Notes under the pieces: model-generated | Database searches by the model: none | What the model was told of the DNA's origin: nothing | What the model saw: only the letters and a program-made list of their open reading frames with translations | Part shown: positions 51,651 to 63,890 of the stretch, in pieces | Layout of the letters: each line of letters begins with the position of its first letter | How positions within the stretch are numbered: position 1 is the first letter of the stretch | Made by a program: the position numbers and the translations under genes | Source of the DNA: Cetorhinus maximus | Lineage: Eukaryota | NCBI RefSeq assembly: GCF_964194155.1 | Contig: NC_135888.1 | Span: 17,484,001 to 17,548,000, forward strand | Length of the DNA: 64,000 nt | Direction: 5' to 3'

Positions 51651-51959
51651 GCATGTCCGTCAATATGAGCAAACAGACACTTTTAAAACTCAAGTTTTGA
51701 TTTAATAGGCGGGCACTTTTTCTGTGTTTCCGTTGGTCTCTCAGCAATAATGTAATGACCAGGGGCAGATCATTGGTAGGAACCCATTAGACTCACACCA
51801 CCCATTCCCTCCCATCGCCCCTTTTCAAATCTGTTTTGGGTTTACCAGTAACAATTCTGGCAAAAGCCAGACAGGAAAAAAGAAAACTGGAAATTCAAAA
51901 CAGGATTTCCTCTCTGACTCAGAGCTGAACAGTTACTATTTATAAGGGTGGTACAGAAC

Positions 51960-52595
51960 CGAGAGTTTATAACCATCAGGAAAAACTGAACGGGCTAGGG
52001 CTCTTTTTCTCTAGAAAAGAGAAGACAAAGGGTGACTTAATCGAGGTCTTTAAAGTTATGTAAGGGTTTGATAGGGTAAAAGTAGAGATGAGTGAGACCA
52101 GAACTAGGGGTTATAAATCTAAGTTAGTAGCTGATAAACCCAATAGGCAATTGAGGAGATACTTCTTTACCCAGAGTTATGAGAAAATGGAACTGACTAC
52201 CTTAAGAACATAAGAACATAAGAAATAGGAGCAGGAGTAGGCCATTCGGCCCCTTGAGCCTGTTCTGCCATTCAGTAGGATCATGGCTGATCTTCTTGTG
52301 TTTCGATTTCCACATCCCCACCCACTCCTCGATAACCTTTGATTCACTTGCCTAGCAAGAATCTATCTACCTCTGCCTTAAAAATATTCAATGACCCCAC
52401 CCCCACCACCTTCTAAGGCAGAGAGTTCCAAAGTCGCACAACCCTCTGAGAGAAAAATTTCTCCTCATCTCTGTCCTTAAAGGTTGACCCCTAGTTTTAA
52501 AACAGTGCCCCCTATTTCTGGACTCACCCACAAGAGGGAAACATCCTTTCGACATCTGCCTTGTCAAGGCCGTTCAGGATCTTGTATACTTCAAA
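51960..52595. mobile_element. Two CR1 3' fragments tail-to-tail (+ 51960-52200; - 52205-52595)
   Basis: (AAGAACAT)n tail at ~52204-52222; CR1 ORF2 C-terminal motifs on both strands. Confidence 0.8.
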
Positions 52596-53804
52596 TAAGG
52601 AGCAGTAGTAGTGATCTGCCCAAGGGCAAGTCCTTTGTTCATTTCTCCATGGCTTACAGTCTTGTATTTCTTCTTCAGTTGCTTGCCTCCCAATCAGCCT
52701 CCCATTTTCAACTTCAATGAAAAACGAGCAATATGATTATGGATAAGAATACATGAGGTGATTTTCTATTGCTTTCCTCATGAGTGCTTGAAGGGAACAC
52801 AAGTCCTCTCCCCAAAGGGTCCTCTGCCGTTGTACCTCAAGGTCCTGGCTCTTCCCCCATCACCACCGAAAATTCATTGGTTCCACCATTGGTCATGACT
52901 CACAACCCTGAGCGTGGGACCCTTACCTGGGCCTTGGGGCACTTCACAAAAGGTTGGAGACACCCACCCCCTGAGGTCTCAAATGACCCTGCTACCCAAC
53001 CGCAAAGAGTAATGGAGGTGAAAAGATGCTGAGGTGAGGTGGAGGTGAATAGATGTAACTAAGGGGAAGCAGGGTAAGAGCATGAGGGTGAAAGAAATAG
53101 AAGGATATTTTGATAAGGTCAAATGAAGAGTGACAGGGTGAGGTTCATGTGGAGCATAAAACACTGGCATGGGCTAGTTGAGCCCAATGTCCTATTTCTG
53201 TGCTGGACATTTATTCTATGCAGTTCTATTTGCAGACCTCCCTTTTTAGATGACACATGGAGTCTCATAAAAAGAAATTAAATATATATACTAATGATTC
53301 AATCCTTAAATAATTTATGCAGATCGTGAAACAAACACCACTGAACTCAATTTCCATCCCCTCCATCACCAGCACTGTACCATCTACAGGGTCCATTGCA
53401 TTTTACACCAACAAGCTCATGCCCACCGCATCGCCTGGGTCTGTGTCACCAAGAAAGACAAGTTTTACAGTAAGCCCAGAGTCAAAATACTCCCAGCAAG
53501 TTTTTAAAAATCAGCTAGCCGGAATCTTAGACTAAGCTTAATTTAACACAAATGCTCCAAATTACTTTGGTTACAGGTTTCAGTGTGGAAGTTAAACAAA
53601 GCTGTCTGAATGGATTAAGTTGTGTAACTGACAGCTCTTTTTGTTCACTTTGAGTGGTCAGTTTTTCCCTAATTCTGCAAGTTTTATTTTATTGATTCAT
53701 TCCTGCGATAATGTTCGTGTGGAGCATAAACACAGACATGGACTAGTTGAGCCCAATGACCTGTTTCTGTGCTGCACATTCATTCTGTGCAGTTCTATTT
53801 GCAG

Positions 53805-55025
53805 AGCTGACTAGGTCAGTTTTTATTGCCCATCCCTAATTGCCCTTGAGAAGGTGGCTGTGAGCTGCCTTCTTGAACTGCTGCAGTCCATGTGGTGTAG
53901 GTACACCCACAGTGCTGTTAGGAAAGGAGTATCAGGATTTTGACCAAGCAACAGTGAAGGAACAGCGATATATTCCCAAGTTAGGATGGTGAGTGGCTTG
54001 GGGGGGGATCTTGCAGGTGGTGGTGTTCCCATGTGTCTGCTGCCCTTGTCCTTCTAGGAGGTAGAGCCTGTGGGTTTGGAAGGTGTTGTCAAAGAAGGCT
54101 TGCTAGTTGTTGCAGTGCATCTTGCAGATGGTGCACACTGCTGCCACTGTGCATTGGTGGTGAGGGAATGACTGTTGAAGGTGGTGGATGAGGTGACAAT
54201 CAAGTGGGCTGCTTTGTCCTGGATGGTGTTGAGCTTCATGTGTTGTTGGAGTTGTACACATCCTGGCAAGTGGAGAGTATTCCATTACAGTCCTGACTTG
54301 TGCCTTGTAGATGGTGGTCAGGCTTTGGGGAGTCAAGAGGTGAGTTCTCTCCACAGAATTCCTTGTCTCTGACCTGCTCCTATAACCACTATTTTTATAT
54401 GGCTGGTCCAGTTCCGTTTCTGATCAATGTTAACTCCCAGGACTGAATATTGAATTCAACAACTTTAGATCTTGAATTCCCTCCTCCATCCCCACCCCGT
54501 TTCCATTTCTTCCCCCTCCCTTTTGTTTTTTCCAATAATTTATATAGATTTTTCCTTTCCCACCTATTTCCATTATTTTTTAAATCTATACTTTTAATGC
54601 CCTGTTAGTCTTTCCACCCCACCTCCACTAGAGCTGTACCTTCAGTGTCCTGCCATCCATTCTTAATTAGCACATTCGTTTAGATAATATCACCACCTTC
54701 AACACCTCTTTGTTCCTTTGTCTGTGACATCTTTTGATTATCTGCTCCTATCACTGCTTGCTTGTCCCTACAACCACCCCCCCCACCCCCCTAACTTCTC
54801 TCCCCCCACCCTCCCACCTTAAACCAGCTTATATTTCACCCCTCTCCTAATATTACTCAATTCTGTTGAAGGGTCATGAGGACTCAAAACATCAACTCTT
54901 TTCTTCTCCGCCAATGCTGCCAGACCTGCTGAGTTTTTCCAGGTAATTCTGTTTTTGTTTTGTAACTCCCAGGATGTTGATCATGGGGGATTCAGCCTTG
55001 GTAACACCATTGAATGTCAAGTGCC
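53805..55025 (-). mobile_element. CR1-group LINE 3' part interrupted by a Penelope insertion (54443-54962)
   Basis: Colinear with 25990-26937; 12-bp TSD TAACTCCCAGGA at 54431-54442 and 54963-54974. Confidence 0.9.
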
Positions 55026-55310
55026 AGTGAAACTTTTCTGGGATATTTCTGGAGCTGTGCTGTTTGAACACAACATGGACAACAAGTATCAAACATTCGA
55101 TTGATGAGAGAATTCTATTGCAGGGGTCAGCAGTTAAACCAATGACACTGAAATCTGCATATAGTGGAGAAAGAAAGACATGCGTTCCTCTAGAGTGTTT
55201 CACAACCTAGGGACGTTTTAAAGTGCTCTACAGCCAAAGAAGTAATTTTGAAATGTAGTCACAGCTGTAATGCAGCAGCCAGTATGCACACAGCAATAAA
55301 CTGTAAGTGA

Positions 55311-55451
55311 AATAAAAGCAAAATACTGCAGATGCTGGAAATCTGAAATAAAAACAGGAAATGCTGGAAAAACTCAGCAGGTCTGACAGCATCTGCAGAG
55401 AGAGAGAGACAGAATTAACGTTTCGAGTCTGTATGACCCATCTTCAGAGCA
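55311..55451 (-). mobile_element. Penelope pLTR fragment with canonical hammerhead core
   Basis: Minus strand CTGAAGA-T-GGGTC-ATACA-GACTC-GAAACGTT; flanked by AAACTGTAAGTGA / AAACTATAAGTGA. Confidence 0.75.
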
Positions 55452-55494
55452 AAACTATAAGTGATGTTGATTGAGCAATAAATATCGGCCGGGC

Positions 55495-55795
55495 AGGCAA
55501 TGGTGTAGTGGTATTGTCGCTGGACTAGTGACCCGGGTTTGAACACGGCAGATGGTGGAATTTGAATTCAAAATAAAAATCTGGAATTAAAAGTCTAATG
55601 ATGACCTTGAAGCGATTGTTGCAAAAACCTATCTGGTTCACTCATGAGGAAATCTGCCATCCTTACCTGGTCTATGACTCCAGACCCACAGCAATGTGGT
55701 TGACTCTTAAATGCCCTCGGGGGGGCAGCAAGGGCAATAAATACTGGCCTAGCTAGTCATGCCCCCATCCCATGAATGAATACTAAAAAAAAAAG
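55495..55795 (+). mobile_element. tRNA-derived SINE with CR1-like tail
   Basis: TGGTGTAGTGG A-box; ends CCCATGAATGAATA(A)n. Confidence 0.75.
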
Positions 55796-55889
55796 AATAA
55801 CTCACCTACCATAATGGAATGCCAGTGTATATTTTGTGCTGGAGTGGGACTTGAACCCACAAACTCTCAGAGGTGAGAGTACTACTGTT

Positions 55890-56345
55890 TGTACTCAGCT
55901 GGCAGCACACTTGCCCCTGAATTACAGGGGTCCAGGTTCAAGTCTTACTCCAGGGCTTGAGCACAAGATCAAGGTTGACACTCCAGTGCAGTACTGAGGG
56001 AGTGCTATACCACCAGAGGTGCTGTCTTTTGGATGAGATGTCAAACCAAGGTCCCATCTGCCTGTTTGGGTGGATGCAAAAGGTCCCATGGCGCCATTCT
56101 GAAGAACAGCAGAGGAATTATCTTCCATGTCTTGGCCAATATTTATCCCTCAATCAACATCACACAAAAACAGAATATCTGGTTATTGCTGTTAATGGGA
56201 GCTTGCTGTGTGCAAATTGGCTGCTGCATTTCTTACATTATAACAGTGACTACACTTCTAAAAAGGTATTTCGTTGGCTGTAAATCACTTTGAGATGTCT
56301 GAGATCATGAAAAGCGCCATATAAATGCAAGTTTTTCTTTTTTTT
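55890..56345 (+). mobile_element. Full-length Deu-domain SINE
   Basis: Head through GAAAAGCGCCATATAAATGCAAG tail. Confidence 0.8.
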
Positions 56346-56701
56346 GCCAGCCTAAAACTTGTACCAGTCAGAATCAACTGGCACAAATCCCACAATATCC
56401 CCATTGTAAACATGATTTGGGAACCCTGGGCATCTTCAGCTAGCTCCCTGTGTAACTTGCAATCGAGACAGTTTCAAAAATCTAAGAGAAACACCAAGTC
56501 ACTTTAAAATTCCTGAGAGAGAAAGTCAGTTTGAAGACTCAAACGGATATTTTAGAGTGAAACAGGCTCCTGTTGCGTTTAGAAACATAAGCAAATAAGG
56601 GCTGTGCATATGGAAGTATTCTACAATGGAGTAGATTGCAACCTTTTATTGTCTTTACTTCGAGAAATTGTGTCGAATAATTTCAATTGTAACTATATAT
56701 A

Positions 56702-57090
56702 CAGGGTGTTTATAAAGTCTCTTTGCAACTTCAACCTTCAATAACTTTGGATTTACACATGATAGAACTAACCCTTATAAGACATGCTTCAAAGGCATGA
56801 AAGCGTGGTTCATACAAATTAATTAATGTTATTTTGCTTGCTAATGCTGTGTTGGTGTTCACGAAATTATTCAGCAGCAACCACAGAATGTTTTCATTGA
56901 GTTGGAAAATTGGAATGAATGATGTATCACAAAAGAAGCTGGTTATACTGAAGCCTAGAAAGTTGACTTGTATTTTGTTAAAACTTTATGAATTATGCTT
57001 TCATATGCTGTATACAGTTTGTTTCTAACGTATGCACATCCAAAGTTATTAAAGTTTAAAGTTGCGCAAGGACTTTATAAGATATTTAGG
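56702..57090. mobile_element. Tc1/mariner-type MITE
   Basis: TA|CAGGGTGT start; ~45-bp imperfect TIR (TTATAAAGTC...AATAACTTTGGAT vs ATCCAAAGTTATT...GACTTTATAA). Confidence 0.7.
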
Positions 57091-57992
57091 CTATATAAGA
57101 TGTTTATGTAGCCTCTGTATTGTAACTGTATTAGAATCACTATTAGTAATTCAAATGTAAAATACGTTTGGTCAATAATGTAAACTTAAAAACCATAGTC
57201 TAATGTGACACCCTATTCTTCACTGAAGATTAGAGAGAAGTTCCGTGGAGGCATAACATAATTTCATAATTACTGAGAGCAATTAACAGAAATGTTATTC
57301 TGCCCAACGCTCACTTAGATTCTAAGGTTAATAAAAATATTTGCAATGTAATAGGGAGTTGAGAGAGTGTGATCCAAATTATGAGGTACGAATGTTTGGA
57401 GTAAGAAGGACAGAAAAGAACATAATATGTATCATCCAAGCATACGGACTAGAAAGATGCCACCTGCCATCCCTCTGCTAGATTGGTTGGAGTGGAGATG
57501 AGATTCTATTATTTGCCTCAGTGCAGCTGGAGAAGGCAGGAGATGAAAAAAGCAGCCAGCGTCCCCACCTGTGATTGGCGTAGTGAGTTCTGTTGGATAA
57601 TGTGCACATGTGGAGACTGGGTAAGGTCAGGATCATGGATGTATTGTAAGCCAACACTTTCCAGCTCACAGGATAAGAGTGGCTTATTAGTTGTGGTGCT
57701 TAACAGCTGCTGGCATCAGTGGAACAGTCTCACAGCCCGAATCATTGTCTTTAATCAGGTGGGTGTTGGGGAGGGGTAGAGCAATATTGTAGGCAGAGGG
57801 GGTGGGAGGAGAAATTTGAAAAAGAAATGGCCATTAGTACCTTAGGAAATCTGCTCTGTAAGTTCAGGTGACCACATTCTTCCATGAGTTGGGATTGATG
57901 TTAACTTCCCTCTTGTATAATTGGTCATACCATCACAGTAAGTCTGTATCAATAATGCTAGGAACACTAATTCCGTATCATAACTTTTGCAG

Positions 57993-58717
57993 ATGAAAAA
58001 GTAGATGAGATTGAACAACTCTCACCCAATGAACTGATGAAAAGCAAGGATCCTGTTTACACTGATGCTGCTTCGTTGGCTGGACAGAAGGACGATGGGG
58101 TGAAACTAAGCTGTGTCTCGGTACTGCCAATGAAAACAAAGGTCTGCAATCCTACAAATCCGCACCCTGTACAAACTGCAGGGAGTCTATCAGAAACTAA
58201 CTCACACCAATGGGATGTTGTAGCCTTGTCTTCCACCAACTGTTTGAAAGAAGGCTGTGAGCCTTGTCACTTTTCAGGCAACAGGTCCGAAGTAATGAGG
58301 AATGATGACACCCGAGGGGAAACATTTCCAAAACAGAAACTTAAAGGCCTTGCAAAAATCGATGAGCAGCACCCTCTACAGATGCCACTGGAAATGTTTG
58401 CAAATCCATCCGGTGTAATCAAACACAAAGAAAGTGAAGACAAACAGACGTCACCTAGCAAGAAGCCCAATTTCCAGCTACTTGACAAATTAACTCCCAC
58501 CAATGGCCCAGACAGGGAGCGTCTGCCTACGCAATGCAACGTGGAATCCTGGGATGGCCACACAAGTTCTAAAGCAGGAACATGTAAGGCTGAAGGTGAA
58601 AGCACAGGCACTGAGCAGCTCCTGGCAAAACCAACACCAGAAAATAAGGAGGAAGATGAGACCACGCTAATTGTCAGCCCATGGGGTCAATACGCAGCAG
58701 GCACATTGAGAAAACAA
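57993..58717 (+). CDS. ERICH3-like exon 11 (725 nt; gene continues, 3' end unresolved)
   Basis: CTTTTGCAG acceptor, phase 1, in frame with ORF 58037; likely donor CAA|GTAATG. Beyond it the ORF-track frame runs into AT-rich and Penelope sequence. Confidence 0.8.
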
Positions 58718-58824
58718 GTAATGTATTTTTCCCCATTAACACATTTATCTTTTATTGTAGAGTACAGAAAGGTGCACTTGTACATGTTGCTGTGCATAAG
58801 GGTAAAGGACATCAAAAGATATAA

Positions 58825-59039
58825 AAGCAAAATACTGCAGATGCCGGAAATCGGAAATAAAAACAGAAAATGCTGGAAAAACTCAGCAGGTCTGGCAGCA
58901 TCTGTGGAGAGAGAAACAGAATTAACGTTTCAAGTCTGTATGATGAAGAGTCACACAGGCTTGCAACGTTAACTCTGCTTCTCTCTCCACAGATGCTGCC
59001 AGACTGGCAAAGTTTTTCCAGCATTTTCTGTTATTACGC
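58825..59039. mobile_element. Fold-back Penelope pLTR with 12-bp TSD
   Basis: Inverted arms; TSD CAAAAGATATAA at 58813-58824 and 59040-59051. Confidence 0.85.
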
Positions 59040-59354
59040 CAAAAGATATAATGGGGCCAGAATTCAACATCGTTGTGTCTGCTTTACAGACATCAAAAAA
59101 ACCCTGCAACAATAACACATTCAGTAGTACGAAAGTCTAGGCAAGATTGGTGCCTGTGGCCCTGCACCATTGCTAAATGTGGCAAGGACTTTCTTTTTAG
59201 GTGGCTACCGCAGCCGCTGCATTGACCACAAACCAGGACCCCTCATGAGGCCCGTTTGAAAAATTGCTTAAACGTAGATGGTGTTTGTGTTGCCGCAAAC
59301 TCTGACTAATTCATCAGCTTCTAGTGCGAGCACACCGGCAGCCCTTAAACTGCC

Positions 59355-59580
59355 ATAAAAGCAAAATGCTGCTGGAAATCTGAAAAAATAAACAGAAAAT
59401 GCTGGAAAAACTCAGCAGGTCTGGCAGCCTCTGTGGAGAGAGGAACGGAGTTAATGTTTCAAGTCCAATATGTTCCGAAGAAGAGCCATATTTGACTCGC
59501 AACGTTAACTGTTCCTCTCTCTACAGGTGCTGCCAGATGTGCTGAGTATTTCCCAGCATTTTCTGATTTTATTTTAATCT
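59355..59580. mobile_element. Fold-back Penelope pLTR
   Basis: Inverted arms; TTAAACTG on both flanks. Confidence 0.8.
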
Positions 59581-59718
59581 TTAAACTGTGTACTGGAGGC
59601 TCCAGAATAAGCAAGAAGCCGTGTTTAAAAAAAAAAACAATTGCTTTAACTATGGAGCCAGGAGGGGCAGGACATGTCCTAGCTGCAGCCTCCACAGTCA
59701 GACTGTGATTGCTTGGCA

Positions 59719-60448
59719 AAAACAGAAACAGAAATACCTGGAAAAACTCAGCAGGTCTGCCAGCATTGGCGGAGAAGAGCACAGTTGATGTTTCGAGTCC
59801 TCATGACCCTTCAACAGAACTCAACGTTGAAGCTCAACGCAAACTGGAGGAACAGCACCTCATCTTCTGACTAGGTACTTTACAGCCTTCCGGACTGAAT
59901 ATTGAGTTCAACAATTTTAGATCTTGAACTCTCTCCTCCATCCCCACCCCCTTTCCATTTCTTCCCCCTCCTTTTTGTTTTCTCCAATAATTTATATAGA
60001 TTTTTCTTTTCCCACCTATTTCCATTGTTTTTAAATGTATTTCCACCCATCGTTTATCTCTACCTTTTAGCCCTTTTAGTATTCCTTCACCCCACCCCCA
60101 CTAGAGCTATCTGTACCTTGTCTGTCCAGCTTTCTACTCTTAATTAGCACATTCCTTTAAATAATATCACCACCTTCAACACCTCTTTGTTCCTTTGTCT
60201 GTGACAGCTTTTGGTTATCTCTACCTATTACTGGCTGCTGGTCCCAACAACCACCCCCCTCCCCTTAAACCAGCTTATATCTCACCCCTTTCCTATTTTT
60301 ACTTAGTTCTGTTGAAGGGTCATGAGGACTCGAAATGTCAACTGTGCTCTTCTCCACCGATGCTGCCAGACCTGCTGAGTTTTTCCAGGTATTTCTGGTT
60401 CTGTTTTTGTTTTGGATTTCCAGCAGCCGCAGTTCTTTGCTTTTATCT
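59719..60448 (+). mobile_element. Penelope element 3' part with inverted 5' pLTR and 16-bp TSD
   Basis: ~59832-59927 translates AQRKLEEQHLIF*LGTLQPSGLNIEFNNFRS* (GIY-YIG C-terminus); TSD CTGTGATTGCTTGGCA at 59703-59718 and 60449-60464. Confidence 0.9.
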
Positions 60449-60928
60449 CTGTGATTGCTTGGCATTACCCCCCCCAACTCTTCTTAACCCCTCCCCACCT
60501 CTGGACTCAGCTGTTGATCACAAGCTGACCCATATTGGTTAAGCTTTGACCGACGAGCAATTAAAATGGTGAGGCTCAAGGACTTATTTAGGATGCGTGC
60601 TGCACACCTCATGACCGGTACTAATAAATTTAGGCCACCTTAATTTGGTAATGGTTGATTCGTTTTGTCCAAAACAAGCCTGATCTGCAGTATAAATAAG
60701 TAAACAACAAAGGGCATTCTGGGGCAGTAGCACATTGCAGCATCAATACTAGATTGCTTCAGGTGAAGAAGATCCTTCACTTTATTTCACCTTAAACTTC
60801 CAGAATAGCAACTCCATCATTAGAAAATCTAATCATTCAGTCGATTTTGAATAGAGCCAATGTCCTGGCCTAAATCACACTTTCCGGAACCCTTTTCTGT
60901 TGTGACTCGTGAGTCCCAATTGCACACT

Positions 60929-61189
60929 TGTTGCAGGATGACCGAGTTGGTACTTTAGATAGAGTAGTTCTGCAGACGCTTCTTAGGTGGAACACATTCT
61001 GTTTATTTATAAGGTACTCGACAGCTACACATGTGTGTTTCTACACCATAACTCTACCTACATACTTCTGCTGCTCACCTGCAGCCAACTGACTTCCCTA
61101 ACTACAGAGTTAGTGTGCACTACTCTACTGTTGGTTATGCAAGATCATGTGATCTTCCTTTAGTAAATTCTTCGTAAAGGTATACAACA
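60929..61189 (-). mobile_element. Solo LTR (~260 bp)
   Basis: TGTTG...CAACA termini; flanks CACT/CATT (4-bp TSD, one mismatch); minus-strand AATAAA. Confidence 0.6.
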
Positions 61190-61304
61190 CATTAGATAAA
61201 ACCATAGTTGTCACATTTTCCTCCTACTGTTGATCACCCGCTGTATAAAGAAATGGTTCCTGGTGGCTTTCTGACACATGTCCTTCACAATCCTCCTTGT
61301 ATTT

Positions 61305-62150
61305 TTTTATTTGTTCATGGGAATAAGGGCATCACTGGCTAGGCCAGCATTTATTGCCCATCCCTAATTGCCCTTGAGAAGGTGGTGGTGAGCTGCCTTT
61401 TCAACCCACAGCAGTCCATGTGGTGTAGGTACACCCACAGTGCTGTTAGGGAGGGAGCTCCAGGATTTTGACCCAGTGACAGTGAAGGAACTGCGATATA
61501 TTTCCAAGTCAGGGTGGTGAGTGGCTTGGAGGAGAACTTCCAGATGGTGGTGTTCCCATGTGTCTGCTGCCCTTATCCTTCTAGATGCTAGCAGTCGTGG
61601 TTTTGGAAGGTGTTGCAAAGGAGGCTTAGTGAGATCCTTCAGTGCATCTTGTAGTTGGTACACACTGCTGCCACTGTGCGTTGGTGGTGGAGGGAATGAA
61701 TGTTTGTGGATGTGCTGTCAATCAAGCGGGCTGCTTTGTCCTGGGTGGTGTCAAGCTTCTTGAGTGTTGTTGAAGCTGCACTCACCCAGGCAAGTGGAGA
61801 GTATTCCATCACACTCCTGACTTGTGCCTTGCAGAAGGTGGTCAGGCTTTGGGAAGCAAGGTGGTGAGTTATTCGCTGCAGGATTCCGAGCCTCTGACCT
61901 GCTCTTGTAGCCTCTATTTATATGGCTAGTCCAGTTCAGTTTCCGGTCAATGGCAAACTCCAGGATGTTGATAGTGAGGGATTCAGCGATGGTAATGCCG
62001 TTGAATATCAAGGGGTGATGGTTAGATTCTCTCTCTTGTTGGATATGGTCATTGCCTGGCATTTGTGTGGTGTGAATGTTATTTTCCACTTGTCAGCCCA
62101 AGCCTGGATATTGTCCAGGTCTTGCTGCATTTGGACATGGACTGCTGCAC
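61305..62150 (-). mobile_element. CR1-group LINE 3' part
   Basis: QMQQDLDNIQAWADKWKITFTPHKCQAMTISNKRE; colinear with 25990-26937. Confidence 0.9.
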
Positions 62151-63004
62151 TCTTCTTCTGTGCTGTCCAATTGTTCTCCAGCTCCCTGGTAGCATGGTTG
62201 GATCTGGGGCTCTTGGCTTCTTTTATGCACAATGCTGAGTTCCCTGTTGCATCTACATCGTTGTGGGGAAGGACTGAATGAAAGCCAGGCACTTTCCCAG
62301 GAGTCAGGGGACAGTCATTTTCATGCAATGTAATAACTCACCACAGAGCAGGGATCAAACCGTTGACCTTCCTGGCCTGTTTTTCTCAGTTTGTTGGCAA
62401 TTTTATGCAGATCACATCTGCTTCGGATCATAGAGTCATAACAACACAATGTGGCCATTCAGCACATTGAGTCCAAGCCAGCTCTCTGTGGAACAATCCA
62501 GTCAGTCCTATTTCCCGACTCTATCCCCTTAGCCCTGGAAGATTATTTCCCTCGAGTGCGAGTGCCCATCTAATTTCCTTTTGAAATCGTTCAGCACCTC
62601 CACTTGCACCACCTTCATAGGTTGTGAGTTCCAGCTAATATTTGCTTTGTATCTCTTGTCCAATACCCTAAATCTAAATTTTAACTCTGAGTTCAAAGGA
62701 TATTTGCTTGCAACAGGGTGTTCCGAGAGTTTGTATAGTGGTCAAATGTTGTGTAATTTGGATATCACGTGGTCAAATGTCATGCGATCAGAGCTCCAGG
62801 GTTACATCCTACCAGAGTTGGCACGTATCTTCTAATGGTTTCAGAGCAGCATTTGAAAAAGCCTGGGAGAGAGAAGACTGTACGTGATCTCAGTTGCATG
62901 TGATCCATTTGCTGAGAGGAATAAGGAATTTGGATAAAAGCAACGGGATCTTACCTTTGTGTATAAAAATGGTCACTTGGTGGTACAGAACTTGAATATT
63001 GCTG

Positions 63005-63350
63005 AAAAGAGAGACATGTTGCTGAAGCTTTTCATCTTGCTCTCATTAGGACAAACACATGAGTGTCAAATTTCAAACTCACAACAATTTATGCTACAAG
63101 AGAACATAGGAACCTAGGAGCAGCAGTAGACCATTTGGCCTGTTGAGCCTGCTCTGCCATGGCTGATCATCTAATTGTGCTAATTGGAGAAAGTGCCCTG
63201 TGGCTTTCTCCATGTCAACACCTCGGCCAATTAAAATCGACTTGCCAACCAATCAGCACCCTTTACTCCTCTAGTATAAATTGTTGTGATCGTTTGAAAT
63301 TTGGCATTCTTGTGTTTGTCCTGATGAGTGCAAGATGAAAAGCCTTGTTA
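63005..63350. mobile_element. Second Penelope-like family: inverted pLTRs with hammerhead core
   Basis: ~63027-63078 is the inverted counterpart of ~63292-63343; CTGATGAGTGCAAGATGAAAAGC at 63321-63343. Confidence 0.7.
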
Positions 63351-63574
63351 TAATTTCTTGAAAAGTATTTTTTTCACACAGGTTTGACTTAGCTTCTGGG
63401 TTGAGTAGTACTCGGCTTGGCTACATGGTAATTTTCTCATTTTTATGTCAGAAGGTTATAGATTGGAGCAACTTGCCACCTATTTCGCAAGTAGGTGATA
63501 CAGCTGGGACTTCTGAATGAAAATGTAGCCTACTTTCCCTTCACTCATTAAAACTTGGTTGACACTAATATAAA

Positions 63575-63890
63575 TGTTTGGGTTGAATAGGACTCAGCTA
63601 GGCCGAATGGTAATTTTCTCATCTCTCGATCAGAAGGTTGTGGGTTCAGCACATAACCTAGGCAGAGATTTCAGTGGATTATACTGAGGGAGTGCCACAT
63701 TGTTAGAATTTTTGGGTGAGATATTAACCTGGAACCCCTTCTGGCTGTTCAGGTGGTGTAAAAAAACAACCCAATGGCATAATGTGAAGAAAATCAGGGC
63801 CCATTCTTCTGTTTAACATTTATTCTTCAAGCAACACCATCACAAACAGATTAACTGGTCACTTGGAATCTTGCTACGTGCAATTTTGAC
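63575..63890 (+). mobile_element. Diverged Deu-domain SINE; head region partly duplicated at ~63395-63470
   Basis: TACTGAGGGAGTGCC...ACATTTATTCTTCAAGCAACACC...CTTGCTACGTGCAA. Confidence 0.6.

Noticed and set aside
58718-58972. C-terminal part of the 311-aa ORF
   Set aside because: Read-through past a donor into intronic Penelope sequence; the same peptide (KCWKNSAGLAASVERE) recurs at other repeat copies.
62717-62887. Candidate terminal exon (phase 0, GVPRVCIV...EDCT*)
   Set aside because: Weak acceptor, no homology or clear polyA support; cannot be distinguished from chance, so the 3' end is left open.
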